A stretch of DNA of 63,076 nt from an uncultured virus (IMG/VR IMGVR_UViG_3300025141_015636) (IMGVR_UViG_3300025141_015636), one strand, 5' to 3'. Shown: positions 39,972 to 48,848, counted from the stretch's first letter. A program made the numbers and translations. Notes: a model not told the origin generated them from the letters alone.

Positions 39972-40505
39972 ATGAAATTTAATGCTGATAGACTATCACA
40001 GCTTGCTGGACTTCCAGCTAGAAAAGGAAATCTTTTAAGCGAGGCAGGAAACAGAAGCCTTCACGATGATGCTAGCGTTTCTGATGAGTCAGACTTTAGA
40101 CATGGCAAGGGACAACTTGCAGAGAAGTGGGGAGATTCAAAGGGCGACAAAATCGGACCAGATGAAGGTGCTGGATGGGGTGAAAAACCCGGAGATAAAG
40201 CATACGTAAATGAGAGAGATCCGCTTGCGCAGTATGAAGGTGACGACGATCCCCAGAAGGACGATGACGGCGACGGCGAAGTTTTAGAGATTGACGAGAG
40301 AATGTTAGCTCAAGAAATTAGAAGAATGAGAAAAGAAAGACTTCAGGAAAATGAACTTCGCAAGGCAATAAGAGGAGAAATTAGATCAGTCCTAAAAAAT
40401 CTAAAAGGATCAAGAAAATCATCAACTAGTGGTCAGTCACGCCAGAGACGACGTAGTACACAAGGTGTAACAGGCGGATTTTTAGGGCCAGGGTTTCATA
40501 GATAA
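39972..40505 (+). CDS. Hypothetical protein, probable head/scaffold-associated
   Basis: RLSQLAGL, LLSE, and ELRKAIRGEIRSVL helix; upstream ATAATTA. Confidence 0.6.
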   Translation: MKFNADRLSQLAGLPARKGNLLSEAGNRSLHDDASVSDESDFRHGKGQLAEKWGDSKGDKIGPDEGAGWGEKPGDKAYVNERDPLAQYEGDDDPQKDDDGDGEVLEIDERMLAQEIRRMRKERLQENELRKAIRGEIRSVLKNLKGSRKSSTSGQSRQRRRSTQGVTGGFLGPGFHR

Positions 40506-40529
40506 TAAATAAGTCTATAATTTATTTTT

Positions 40530-40560
40530 AAAAAGGTCGGTTTTTAACCGACCTTTTTTT
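40530..40560 (+). terminator. Intrinsic terminator, potentially bidirectional
   Basis: aaaaaggtcggtt-ttt-aaccgacctttttt hairpin with T tract. Confidence 0.85.
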
Positions 40561-40604
40561 ATATACTTTTTTCAATAAAATGTATAATTGATATGGAGGC
40601 TTTA

Positions 40605-41042
40605 ATGAATTATGACTTAAGTGTAGGGCAGGTAATATATCTTCTTGCTAATAATGAGCCAAAAGTATATCCTGCCCTGATAACAGAGCAGATAGATAAA
40701 AAAACATTGACAGGAAAAGAAACTAGCTACGTTGTTAGGTTGCCAACAGAGGAAAACGTAGAAGTAGTTTTAGAAAAGCTTGAGGCTGAAGTTTTTACCA
40801 GCATTGAAGAAATAAGATCTTCTATGTTAAAAAGGGCAATGGCACAGATAGATAAAATACTTGAGTCTTCTTCTTCGCTGGCCAAAAAATTTGATGAGTA
40901 TGCAGTGGAAATTGAAAACTCAGTCGAGGATGTAGAAGAAGATAGTAATGAAAGTTCAGAATATGCACTTGTTGATCTTGGCGATGGAACAAAGGGAAGA
41001 ATAAGAGTAAGTGATATTCCATCTTCGCAAGGTGCAAAATGA
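40605..41042 (+). CDS. Hypothetical protein
   Basis: GGAGG RBS before ATG 40605. Confidence 0.6.
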   Translation: MNYDLSVGQVIYLLANNEPKVYPALITEQIDKKTLTGKETSYVVRLPTEENVEVVLEKLEAEVFTSIEEIRSSMLKRAMAQIDKILESSSSLAKKFDEYAVEIENSVEDVEEDSNESSEYALVDLGDGTKGRIRVSDIPSSQGAK

Positions 41043-41236
41043 ATAAAGATAATAAAAATGAAATATCACACAATCTATTGATTGAATGGAGAAAGCTTGG
41101 AATATTAAGCAATGAAGAGATAGCATATCAAATGGGTGATTTGTTTGTTGCAGAAAATGTTGTAAGTCGAGATAGAAGAGTTATAAATGTTTCTTCAATA
41201 GAAAGAAGCAAAGAAAAAAGAATTTTAAAAGGATAG
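41039..41236 (+). CDS. Hypothetical protein
   Basis: ATGA-coupled ORF. Confidence 0.55.
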   Translation: MNKDNKNEISHNLLIEWRKLGILSNEEIAYQMGDLFVAENVVSRDRRVINVSSIERSKEKRILKG

Positions 41237-41241
41237 CAGAG

Positions 41242-42825
41242 TTGGAATCAAAAATTATAAACTTTGATACAAGCTCGAGGAAAGAGCTTCTCGAGGGAGT
41301 TAAAATTTTATCTGATGCAGTATCAGTAACAATGGGTCCGAAAGGAATGAATGTTGTTATAGAAAATCCTGGATCACACCCGATTATTACAAAAGACGGA
41401 GTTACAGTTGCAAAAGCAATCTCCCTAAAGGATGGATTTAAAAATTTGGGAGTTGAAATAGTCAAAGAGGCAGCATCAAGAACCGCAGAAACTGCTGGAG
41501 ATGGAACAACAACAGCAACTGTTCTTGCGCATTCAATATTTTCAGAAGGGTTAAAAATGATGTCTGCTGGTCATACATCAAGAGATATAATAAATGGAAT
41601 AAAATCTTGCGAAAGAGATCTTATTGAAAACATACTTTCTTTTTCAAAAGAAGTCTCAAGTGCTTCTGACATTATGCAAGTTGCAACTATATCAGCAAAC
41701 GGAGAGGAAAAGATAGGAAATCTTATAACAGAAGCGATTAGCGAGCTTGGTATCAACGGAGTTGTAACTGTAGAAGATGCAAAAGGATTTGAAAGTGATT
41801 TAGTAGTAGTAAAGGGAATGCAATTAAACAGAGGTTATCTTTCACCATACTTTGTTAATAATAGTGAAAAAATGATAGCTGAGCTTGACAATCCTAGAAT
41901 CTTTATTTGTAATAAAAAGATTAACAGTATTCACGAAATATCATCAGTTCTAGAAGAATCGCTTCAGTCATCACAACCAGTTTTAATAATTTCAAATGAT
42001 ATAGATAACGAGGCAATGCAAGGTTTAGTTATAAACTCTACAAAGGGAAATCTAAAAGTTTGTGCAATAAAATCACCCGGATTTGGAAATGCAAGAGTTG
42101 GAATGATGGAAGATTTGTCTATGATCGTTGGGACAAAAATATATTCAAGCGGAGATGAAGAGGAGATAAGAAATATTACAATGTCAGATCTTGGTACATG
42201 CTCTAGGGTAATAGTAACTAGATCTGATACAACTTTTATAGGAAGCAGTGTTCCAAAAGATGAGATAGAAAAAAGATCCAAAAGTATAGAAGAAGCACTT
42301 TCAAATCCAAGATTGTCAGATGATGAAAGACAGGTTCTTAGAGTTAGATTATCAAGACTTGCCGGAGGTGTTGGAATTATAAGAGTCGGCGGGGCAACAG
42401 AGGGTGAAGTAATAGAGCGAAAGGATAGGGTTGATGATGCTTTAAATGCAACACAAGCTGCAATTGAAGAGGGCGTTGTGCCAGGAGGTGGGGTTACACT
42501 TCTTAGAGCATCAAAGAAAATATTGCTAAAAAACTATCCAGAGCTACAAAGAGCAGGTGTAACAGCACTTAAGAATTCCTGTCAATTTCCAATAAGAAAT
42601 ATTGTAAAGAACTCAGGTGGAATTCCAGATTTGGTTATTTCAAATATTCTAAAAAATAGATCAGATTCGTATGGATTCAACGCTTCCATTGGTATATATT
42701 GTGATATGTTTGAGTCTGGAATTATTGATCCTGCAAAGGTTACAAGACAGGCAGTTGAAAATGCTGTTTCATGTGCATGCACACTGCTTTCTGCTGGATG
42801 TGCAATGATTAATGAAGTTGATTGA
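41242..42825 (+). CDS. groEL: Chaperonin GroEL
   Basis: TMGPKG, ITKDGVTVAK, AGDGTTTATV, RGYLSPYF, EEGVVPGGG, GIIDPAKV. Confidence 0.95.
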   Translation: MESKIINFDTSSRKELLEGVKILSDAVSVTMGPKGMNVVIENPGSHPIITKDGVTVAKAISLKDGFKNLGVEIVKEAASRTAETAGDGTTTATVLAHSIFSEGLKMMSAGHTSRDIINGIKSCERDLIENILSFSKEVSSASDIMQVATISANGEEKIGNLITEAISELGINGVVTVEDAKGFESDLVVVKGMQLNRGYLSPYFVNNSEKMIAELDNPRIFICNKKINSIHEISSVLEESLQSSQPVLIISNDIDNEAMQGLVINSTKGNLKVCAIKSPGFGNARVGMMEDLSMIVGTKIYSSGDEEEIRNITMSDLGTCSRVIVTRSDTTFIGSSVPKDEIEKRSKSIEEALSNPRLSDDERQVLRVRLSRLAGGVGIIRVGGATEGEVIERKDRVDDALNATQAAIEEGVVPGGGVTLLRASKKILLKNYPELQRAGVTALKNSCQFPIRNIVKNSGGIPDLVISNILKNRSDSYGFNASIGIYCDMFESGIIDPAKVTRQAVENAVSCACTLLSAGCAMINEVD

Positions 42826-42869
42826 ATAAATACTATTTTCTTCAATATTTATTATTGCACGGTGCGGAA

Positions 42870-43253
42870 ATGGATAAATTTTTAAAATTAAGAAATATTG
42901 TAAAAAGCCAGGTTATAAAAGAGTACGAAGAGACACGACTTGATAAGCAGCTTATAAATGTAACAATGAGACTTGTAATGAATACTGATACACACGTCCC
43001 AGATACGCTTACGAGAATTAGAATTCTTCCAACAGTCTCAGTTGTTGGCCAAAGTAACCCAGTAAATAGAGACAAGCCGGGTGTTGCTATTGTTGATGTA
43101 TATATTAAGTTTATGCCAAATAGCTCTGAAACTTACAAAAATCTAAAGGGAATAGCAAAGCTTTGCAAGTCTCTCCCGGGAATAAAGATTGTAAAAATTC
43201 TAACACTTGGTGGAAGATCTGTTCTCTATAAGGGAAAGCCAATAGTAGTTTAG
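42870..43253 (+). CDS. Hypothetical protein
   Basis: ATG 42870 after ATATTTA; LRNIVKSQVIKE leader-like start. Confidence 0.6.
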   Translation: MDKFLKLRNIVKSQVIKEYEETRLDKQLINVTMRLVMNTDTHVPDTLTRIRILPTVSVVGQSNPVNRDKPGVAIVDVYIKFMPNSSETYKNLKGIAKLCKSLPGIKIVKILTLGGRSVLYKGKPIVV

Positions 43254-43261
43254 AAACTCAC

Positions 43262-43290
43262 GTGTAAATTTTTAAAAATAAGCTTATAAT
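43262..43290 (+). promoter_or_regulatory. Sigma-70-like promoter
   Basis: GTGTAA-17 bp-TATAAT. Confidence 0.7.
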
Positions 43291-43317
43291 AATTATGCCA
43301 ACCAAGGAGGCATATAA

Positions 43318-43581
43318 ATGGCTGTTAGTTATAGTAAGGATAATCTCTCATACATGTCTGACTATGAAGTAAACTCTGCTTTGTGGAAGCTTAAGAAAGA
43401 TCTTAGACATACAAATGACACTATCTTTAAAAATTCTAGAAAAAAGGTTTTTGATAATAGCTTAAAGTTGCTTGTCAATGATTTAGAAATTGATATCTGC
43501 TATGTTCAAAGAGAAGCAGAGACAAGAGAAAATAGACAAAAGTTCCATAAGGAATACTTAAAGCAATTAAGAGGAAACTAG
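43318..43581 (+). CDS. Hypothetical protein
   Basis: Own promoter (43262-43290) and AAGGAGG RBS. Confidence 0.65.
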   Translation: MAVSYSKDNLSYMSDYEVNSALWKLKKDLRHTNDTIFKNSRKKVFDNSLKLLVNDLEIDICYVQREAETRENRQKFHKEYLKQLRGN

Positions 43582-43591
43582 TTCCTTTCCT

Positions 43592-43615
43592 ATATAGACA
43601 TGGTGTCTATATTTT
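43592..43615 (+). terminator. Candidate intrinsic terminator
   Basis: atatagaca-tgg-tgtctatat followed by a short T run. Confidence 0.5.
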
Positions 43616-43646
43616 GGGTAAATAACAAATAGTATTTATAACTTGC

Positions 43647-43675
43647 GTGCAAATTTACGCACAATGGTTTAAAAT
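43647..43675 (+). promoter_or_regulatory. Sigma-70-like promoter for the sigma gene
   Basis: GTGCAA-17 bp-TAAAAT. Confidence 0.6.
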
Positions 43676-43693
43676 ATAAATACAGGAGAAAAA

Positions 43694-44443
43694 ATGGCAA
43701 GTTCGTTAGACGTATACATGAAAGATGCAGGTCGTAGAAAACTTTTAACAAGAGAGGAGGAGGTTATACTTTCAAAGAAAATTGAAAGTGGAGATAAAAA
43801 TGCTCGAGATATAATGATTGAGTCAAATCTTCGTCTAGCTATTAGTATAGCAAAGATGTATTACAAGAGTGGCTGTAGTATGCAAGATCTTATTCAAGAA
43901 TCAAATATTGGATTGATGAAAGCAGTTGATCGATTTGACTGGCGAAGGGGTTTTAAATTTAGTACATACGCAAGCTGGTGGATTAGACAGTCTGTAAGTA
44001 GATATGTCTCAATGCATAAGACAACTGTTCGTGTACCATCTCATGCAGCAGCACTAGGCTGGAAAATTAAAAAGCTAATTGGTGAATATGAGCAGGAGAT
44101 GGGTGCAAGACCTACAAATGAAGAAATAGCAGAAGTATTAAATGTTACTCTTTCTCAGGTTGAATCTAGTATTGATGCAATGAGATTTAATAATATTCTA
44201 AGTATAGATGGTGGGTATGGAGATGATGACTCTGACAGAAGTCTTCTTGAATCAATTGAAGATGATAGAGGAAAACCAATTGACGATGAGCTTGACTTGC
44301 AAACAATAAGATGTGCAATTATAAACTCACTATCAAGACTTTCAAAGAGAGAGGAACAGGTAATTAGACTAAGATTTGGAATTTCAGAAGTTGATTCTGA
44401 AGAAGATTTTGAAATTGAAAATAAAAAGGAGAAAATCAAATGA
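43694..44443 (+). CDS. RNA polymerase sigma-70 factor (RpoD/RpoS-like regions 1.2-4)
   Basis: LLTREEE, ESNLRLAISIAK, GLMKAVDRFD, GFKFSTYASWWIRQ, LSKREEQVIRLRFG. Confidence 0.92.
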   Translation: MASSLDVYMKDAGRRKLLTREEEVILSKKIESGDKNARDIMIESNLRLAISIAKMYYKSGCSMQDLIQESNIGLMKAVDRFDWRRGFKFSTYASWWIRQSVSRYVSMHKTTVRVPSHAAALGWKIKKLIGEYEQEMGARPTNEEIAEVLNVTLSQVESSIDAMRFNNILSIDGGYGDDDSDRSLLESIEDDRGKPIDDELDLQTIRCAIINSLSRLSKREEQVIRLRFGISEVDSEEDFEIENKKEKIK

Positions 44444-44733
44444 CAATGCCAGCAGGTTATAAATCAGAAAATGGCTACGCTACAGTTATTTCATCAGGCG
44501 GATTGGGATACAGGGAGATAGCAGAAAAGATGACAGAGGATGGTGATTCTATGAATCACTCAACTGCAAGAAATGTTTTTATTAGAGCGATGAAAAAAAT
44601 TGCAAGAGATGCATGCAAGGTTTCTGGTACAAGATTAACAGATAAAAATATCGAAAGAATCGCTTCTGACCCAAGATTTCAATCGGGCCTAATAGATATT
44701 ATTACAGATGAACTCACTCCAATACATATTTAG
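44440..44733 (+). CDS. Helix-turn-helix protein
   Basis: LGYREIAEKM...NHSTARNVFIRAMKK resembles a sigma region 4.2 HTH. Confidence 0.55.
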   Translation: MTMPAGYKSENGYATVISSGGLGYREIAEKMTEDGDSMNHSTARNVFIRAMKKIARDACKVSGTRLTDKNIERIASDPRFQSGLIDIITDELTPIHI

Positions 44734-45007
44734 CGTAATTCATAATATAAAATACGAGACAGCACTCGCTGAGGCGTGTGACTGGGATTATGAACGTGCC
44801 GAAGATGTAAAGAAAATATTGTCAGAATGCTTTCACGGAATACATGAAAAAAGTAATCCGGGTCAATTTGCAAGTATAAATGATGCAATATCATTTGCAT
44901 TGTCTGATAAGCTTACAGATAGTGAGATATCAGCTGTACTAGAAATATCAAGTGAAATATCAAATGATATTATCATAAAAGGGGGCCTAGAAAGTTATGA
45001 CAATTAG
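44708..45007 (+). CDS. Hypothetical protein
   Basis: Overlap-coupled ORF. Confidence 0.5.
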   Translation: MNSLQYIFSVIHNIKYETALAEACDWDYERAEDVKKILSECFHGIHEKSNPGQFASINDAISFALSDKLTDSEISAVLEISSEISNDIIIKGGLESYDN

Positions 45008-45311
45008 CTTAAGATTCTTTCTTTCAAAAAGAAGAATTAAATTAAAGTCATTTTGCTTAGCAAACAATGTTAAATCTTATCAGTCACTAGTTGATATATT
45101 AAAAGCACAAGGTGTAGATCCTCCAACTAAAGATGAATATGAGCATGCAGTTAAAGACTTAGAAAAGTATAAAAAGAAACCAGCTGCAAAGAAACAAGAG
45201 CACAAAAATATCGAAGATAACAAAGAGCCTACTAAAAAACCTACAAGGCGAAAAAGAAGAAGGCAGCCGGCTAGAAAAAAATCTAAATCTTCTAAAGTCG
45301 TAAAAGAATAA
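44997..45311 (+). CDS. Basic hypothetical protein
   Basis: Lys/Arg-rich C-terminal tail. Confidence 0.55.
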   Translation: MTISLRFFLSKRRIKLKSFCLANNVKSYQSLVDILKAQGVDPPTKDEYEHAVKDLEKYKKKPAAKKQEHKNIEDNKEPTKKPTRRKRRRQPARKKSKSSKVVKE

Positions 45312-45565
45312 TGGAATCCGATGGAATTTCCTATTTAGGGTCTTTAGCAACCCTTGATGAGTCATCTCATATAGTTTATATTCACTTTGATAGAGTTTCA
45401 GTAAGCTTTGAAATAGAAGAGTTTTTGGATTTTTATAGAAATATTAAAGATATAAAGGATGTTTTAATAAGTCATCCAGGATATGTAGTAGGTACAACAG
45501 AACACGACGGTGTAGAGACAGCCATTCTAGTTCCAAAGATTGGTAAAGATGAGGAGATAAATTGA
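45311..45565 (+). CDS. Hypothetical protein
   Basis: TAATG-coupled ORF. Confidence 0.55.
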   Translation: MESDGISYLGSLATLDESSHIVYIHFDRVSVSFEIEEFLDFYRNIKDIKDVLISHPGYVVGTTEHDGVETAILVPKIGKDEEIN

Positions 45566-45885
45566 GCTTTTCAATACTTAAAAAAAATGAAAGTTTAATT
45601 TTTGAAAAACAAAAAGGTTCAGAAAGAATTATTCTAAGAAACCCGAAAATCATAGACGGATTTGGTGAAAGAATAGCATTGTCAAAATGTAAAAAGTGCA
45701 ATAGCAATGATTACTTTGTAAGTATATGTGAAATGGTAGAGGTAGAATTTCTAGACTCTCGTGGAAGAGTTAGAAATATTCATTTTGCCGGAAGGGATGG
45801 ATATGAAATTCAATTTTTAATTGACTCTCTGATGGACGGAAGCATAAGCGGTATGTGTAATGAATGTAGATCATATAGCAGTTAA
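45562..45885 (+). CDS. Hypothetical protein with two CxxC pairs
   Basis: CKKC and CNEC. Confidence 0.5.
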   Translation: MSFSILKKNESLIFEKQKGSERIILRNPKIIDGFGERIALSKCKKCNSNDYFVSICEMVEVEFLDSRGRVRNIHFAGRDGYEIQFLIDSLMDGSISGMCNECRSYSS

Positions 45886-46171
45886 AGTTTCAGATATTAA
45901 TGACTCTTGTGAGTGGTATAAGAAAAATCTTCAAGGAGAAATTATTCACAAAGATGATACATGGGCGATGATTCAATGCTCTGGAATTAAAATAGCTCTA
46001 GTAGCTAGCGATAATCATGAAAGCCACATAGGATTTTCTTTAAGTAACATATCTGATATGCCCTGTACAAAAGATAAAATAAAGGTACACAGGGACGGAT
46101 CTTCGTATTATTATGGATCAGATCCAGACGGAAATATTATTGAATGGGTAGTATACCCAGAAGCAGAATAA
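45860..46171 (+). CDS. VOC / glyoxalase family protein
   Basis: VDHIAVKVSD, HIGF, DPDGNIIE. Confidence 0.85.
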   Translation: MNVDHIAVKVSDINDSCEWYKKNLQGEIIHKDDTWAMIQCSGIKIALVASDNHESHIGFSLSNISDMPCTKDKIKVHRDGSSYYYGSDPDGNIIEWVVYPEAE

Positions 46172-46193
46172 TTAAGCTTGTAGGAGTTAAACA

Positions 46194-46643
46194 ATGGCAT
46201 TAAAAAGTCTTCAAGGGCAGGGCATAAACCTAGTAGGTTCTTATCAACTTTCAGGTGTCCCTTTTGTAACATCATCTGCAACAACTGAGGTTGCTGGGGC
46301 AAGTGTAGTATCTGTTAAGTTTCCATATGTTACAAGATGGGTAGAGGTGACAAATATCGGAGATCAAGCGCTTCGTGTAGGTTTTTCAGAAAATGGAGTC
46401 TTGGGAAAAGGAAGTTCAATTTCTGGATCAAAAGAAGAAAGACTTCAGGGGCATAAAAACTATTATGTTCTTGGAACTTCGGGAAGCCATCAGCCTGCAA
46501 GGTGGGAGCTAAGGTGTTCAGAGATGTTCTTTTCAACTCCGGGCGGCACAACAGGTTTTTCTCTAATTGCAGGATTAACAGGAATTAAGGCGGGCGCAAT
46601 GCCCAATCTAACTGGAAGTAATGGCTTCATAGGCGTCGGGTAA
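46194..46643 (+). CDS. Probable virion structural protein
   Basis: Beta/Gly-rich sequence (YQLSGVPFVTSS, LRVGFSENG, LTGSNG); upstream ATAATTA. Confidence 0.55.
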   Translation: MALKSLQGQGINLVGSYQLSGVPFVTSSATTEVAGASVVSVKFPYVTRWVEVTNIGDQALRVGFSENGVLGKGSSISGSKEERLQGHKNYYVLGTSGSHQPARWELRCSEMFFSTPGGTTGFSLIAGLTGIKAGAMPNLTGSNGFIGVG

Positions 46644-46858
46644 TGGTAAAAGAACACTTAAAAGAGCTAGTAGAAAGACTAACAGTTATAGAAAACGAAA
46701 TAAAGCTTCTTCAAGATGATAGAAAAAATTTAATATCTGATTTTGGTGACAAGCTTGACGTAAAAGCTTTTAGAGCAGCATGGTCAATATTGAAAACAAA
46801 GAAGCGTGTTGATGAAGGTGCTTTAGAGCAAATACTTAATGAGATCGACAGAGCCTAA
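46643..46858 (+). CDS. GapR / DUF2312 / T4 DsbA-like DNA-binding protein
   Basis: LKELVERL..IENEIKLLQDDRK...LDVKAFR pattern, 71 aa. Confidence 0.6.
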   Translation: MVKEHLKELVERLTVIENEIKLLQDDRKNLISDFGDKLDVKAFRAAWSILKTKKRVDEGALEQILNEIDRA

Positions 46859-47078
46859 TATAGGTACAGGATCTCTTGTTCTTCTAGACTCTGCTGCTTT
46901 TGTGTCTGCTGCTCTTGAATGGGATGGTAGCGAAAGTAGAACGGGTATTGTATTGGGTCTTTACAGCGCAAGAAAGATTTTTAATCTTGACACAGATGAT
47001 ACACTTTGTGAAGTTCTTCTAGATACAGGCGATATTGAGCTTCTTTACAAAGAAGATATGGAGATTATAAATGAGTAA
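46839..47078 (+). CDS. Hypothetical SH3/KOW-like protein
   Basis: GSLV...TGIVL...CEVL beta-barrel pattern. Confidence 0.45.
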   Translation: MRSTEPNIGTGSLVLLDSAAFVSAALEWDGSESRTGIVLGLYSARKIFNLDTDDTLCEVLLDTGDIELLYKEDMEIINE

Positions 47079-47517
47079 TAAAAGAAAGACCATAGTTGTG
47101 AGCGGTGGATTTGATCCTGTGCATGTTGGTCATCTAAGGATGATAAACGAAGCAGCTAGCTTTGGTGATGTTATAGTTGTTTTAAATACAGATGCGTGGC
47201 TAGTGAGAAAAAAGGGGTATGTGTTTATGAAATGGAATGACAGGGCAGAGATTCTCAAAAACTTTATGAACGTAACAGAAGTAATTCCCGCAAGAGACCA
47301 TGATAACACTGTGTGTGAATCACTAATAGATCTCAAAGAAGTTTTAGATTTGGACTACTTTGCAAACGGCGGAGATAGAAAGATTTCAAATACTCCTGAG
47401 ATGAAAGTATGTGAATCAATTGGCATAGAGATGGTGTGGAATATTGGTGGCGGAAAGATTAGAAGCAGTAGTGATCTTGTTTCTGCTTCTGAAAAAGCAA
47501 AGAGGACTGATGGATAA
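47071..47517 (+). CDS. Cytidylyltransferase-family nucleotidyltransferase (HxGH)
   Basis: SGGFDPVHVGH, FANGGDR, KIRSSS. Confidence 0.88.
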   Translation: MSNKRKTIVVSGGFDPVHVGHLRMINEAASFGDVIVVLNTDAWLVRKKGYVFMKWNDRAEILKNFMNVTEVIPARDHDNTVCESLIDLKEVLDLDYFANGGDRKISNTPEMKVCESIGIEMVWNIGGGKIRSSSDLVSASEKAKRTDG

Positions 47518-47734
47518 AATCAGATCTTCATTGTTAAAAAATAGATTTGTTAAAGTTATATCGTGGAGAGTTATCTCTGTATCCATTACAATGATTATTA
47601 TGTGGATATTTACGGGAAATGTAAGAGAAGCAACTAGCTTCACACTTTTTCTACACGCAATTTTGACAATTGCAAATTATTTTTTTGAAACTTTATGGGA
47701 AGAATTTTTAAAAAAATACAAGATTGATCGTTGA
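47510..47734 (+). CDS. DUF2061-like small membrane protein
   Basis: KVISWRVIS...YFFETLW. Confidence 0.65.
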   Translation: MDKIRSSLLKNRFVKVISWRVISVSITMIIMWIFTGNVREATSFTLFLHAILTIANYFFETLWEEFLKKYKIDR

Positions 47735-47786
47735 AATCCTATAGGTACTTATATAGCTAGAAAATTATGTAAGTACAAGGGGAGCA

Positions 47787-47945
47787 ATGAGGATCATAAA
47801 AACACGAAAGGCATTGACAATTCTTTCAGCTATAAGCTCTTTCTCTCTTTGTATGTGTATATTTTCAGGATTTCTAGTGGGCTCGTATATCTCATTTCTC
47901 TCACTTTTTCTTTGTGCACTTTCATTTGCAATTATTGATAGATAG
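47787..47945 (+). CDS. Small hydrophobic protein (absent from the ORF track)
   Basis: GGGGAG RBS; 52 aa with two hydrophobic stretches. Confidence 0.45.
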   Translation: MRIIKTRKALTILSAISSFSLCMCIFSGFLVGSYISFLSLFLCALSFAIIDR

Positions 47946-48091
47946 TTTGAAAAATAAAATTATAGAAGCATACACTAAAATAAGACAAATTCTTTCAATA
48001 GAAAGTCCGGAAATTTTTGCACTGTCTTTTTTAATTGCACTTTACATATGGTGGTGGGTAAAGGTGAATGGATAAAATATTTTTAAAAGAG

Positions 48092-48120
48092 TTGAACAAT
48101 TAATTTTTAAAAGTTATATT
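48092..48120 (+). promoter_or_regulatory. Sigma-70-type promoter for the noncoding RNA
   Basis: TTGAAC-17 bp-TATATT. Confidence 0.7.
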
Positions 48121-48131
48121 AGCTATAACTT

Positions 48132-48143
48132 CGCTCTTTAACA
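48132..48143 (+). promoter_or_regulatory. boxA antitermination element (NusB/NusE site)
   Basis: CGCTCTTTAACA, the boxA consensus, just after the predicted transcription start. Confidence 0.8.
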
Positions 48144-48144
48144 T

Positions 48145-48789
48145 TACAAATTGACCCTAGTTCTCGGGTCTATAAACTCAAATGGAATTACCGACCTTTG
48201 AGCACAATCAGCGAAAGCTGGTGATAGAGAAAACCTAGCTTAGGAGACGGGTGTTCTTACACCTCAAGGGCGACCTAACTAAGAGAGGGGATGAGTTAAG
48301 GAACGTGGTAGTTCTGAATATCATCCAGTGATTCGATGCATGAGCTTTCATACCGCTGGAAGAATACTGCTGAGAGTATCCGCGGACTTGTAGATTCATC
48401 GTGGAAACGGGATAAGGCCCACCAAGACGAAAGGCTTGGGAAGGGGGGATAAACGCCTCCAGAATCTAACTGTCGGTGATAGAAGTCTCTCTGGCGGAAT
48501 CGGAAACGAGACCGTCGTCCTGAAAGGGGCTATATGGACATCCTCCCAAGGTTTGGAAATATGGCGCGCAACTAAGAAGTGAAGTGTACAGCTCATTCAA
48601 TGGAACGCAGAATATCATAAGTCGACAGTAAGGCGTGCTGTTCCGTAGTCTTACGGCTAAGAACAGGGAGAAAGCTCGTGAACGGTGTTACTTACCGGTG
48701 TGCTTACATCTAACCCAAAGGGGACAGGCTCAAAAGGCTTGATGGTCATGAGCAGAGAGAATAGAAGTGCTAAATCTCTCTCATTTTTT
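48145..48789 (+). ncRNA. Large structured noncoding RNA (~640 nt), family unassigned; size class of ROOL/GOLLD/OLE
   Basis: No + strand ORF in the track; GC visibly higher than flanks; many hairpins, several GAAA tetraloops, long-range helices; promoter and boxA upstream, hairpin plus T tract downstream. Confidence 0.8.
48754..48789 (+). terminator. Terminator-like hairpin closing the ncRNA
   Basis: agagaga...tctctct stem followed by ca and six T. Confidence 0.6.
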
Positions 48790-48848
48790 AAATTAACATT
48801 GATATAAAATATCTCTTTCGAAAATATATATTTTACATAGGAGGGCAA

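Noticed and set aside
48145..48789. RNase P RNA, tmRNA, rRNA fragment, or group I/II intron as identity of the structured region
   Set aside because: I could not find the RNase P GAGGAAAGUCC core, tRNA-like tmRNA ends, rRNA signatures, or a group II domain V, and no gene is interrupted. This is by eye only; a covariance search is still needed.
48396..48848. Minus-strand ORFs 48396..48596 and 48657..48848
   Set aside because: Short, no recognisable motifs, atypical composition; better explained as shadows of the + strand RNA.
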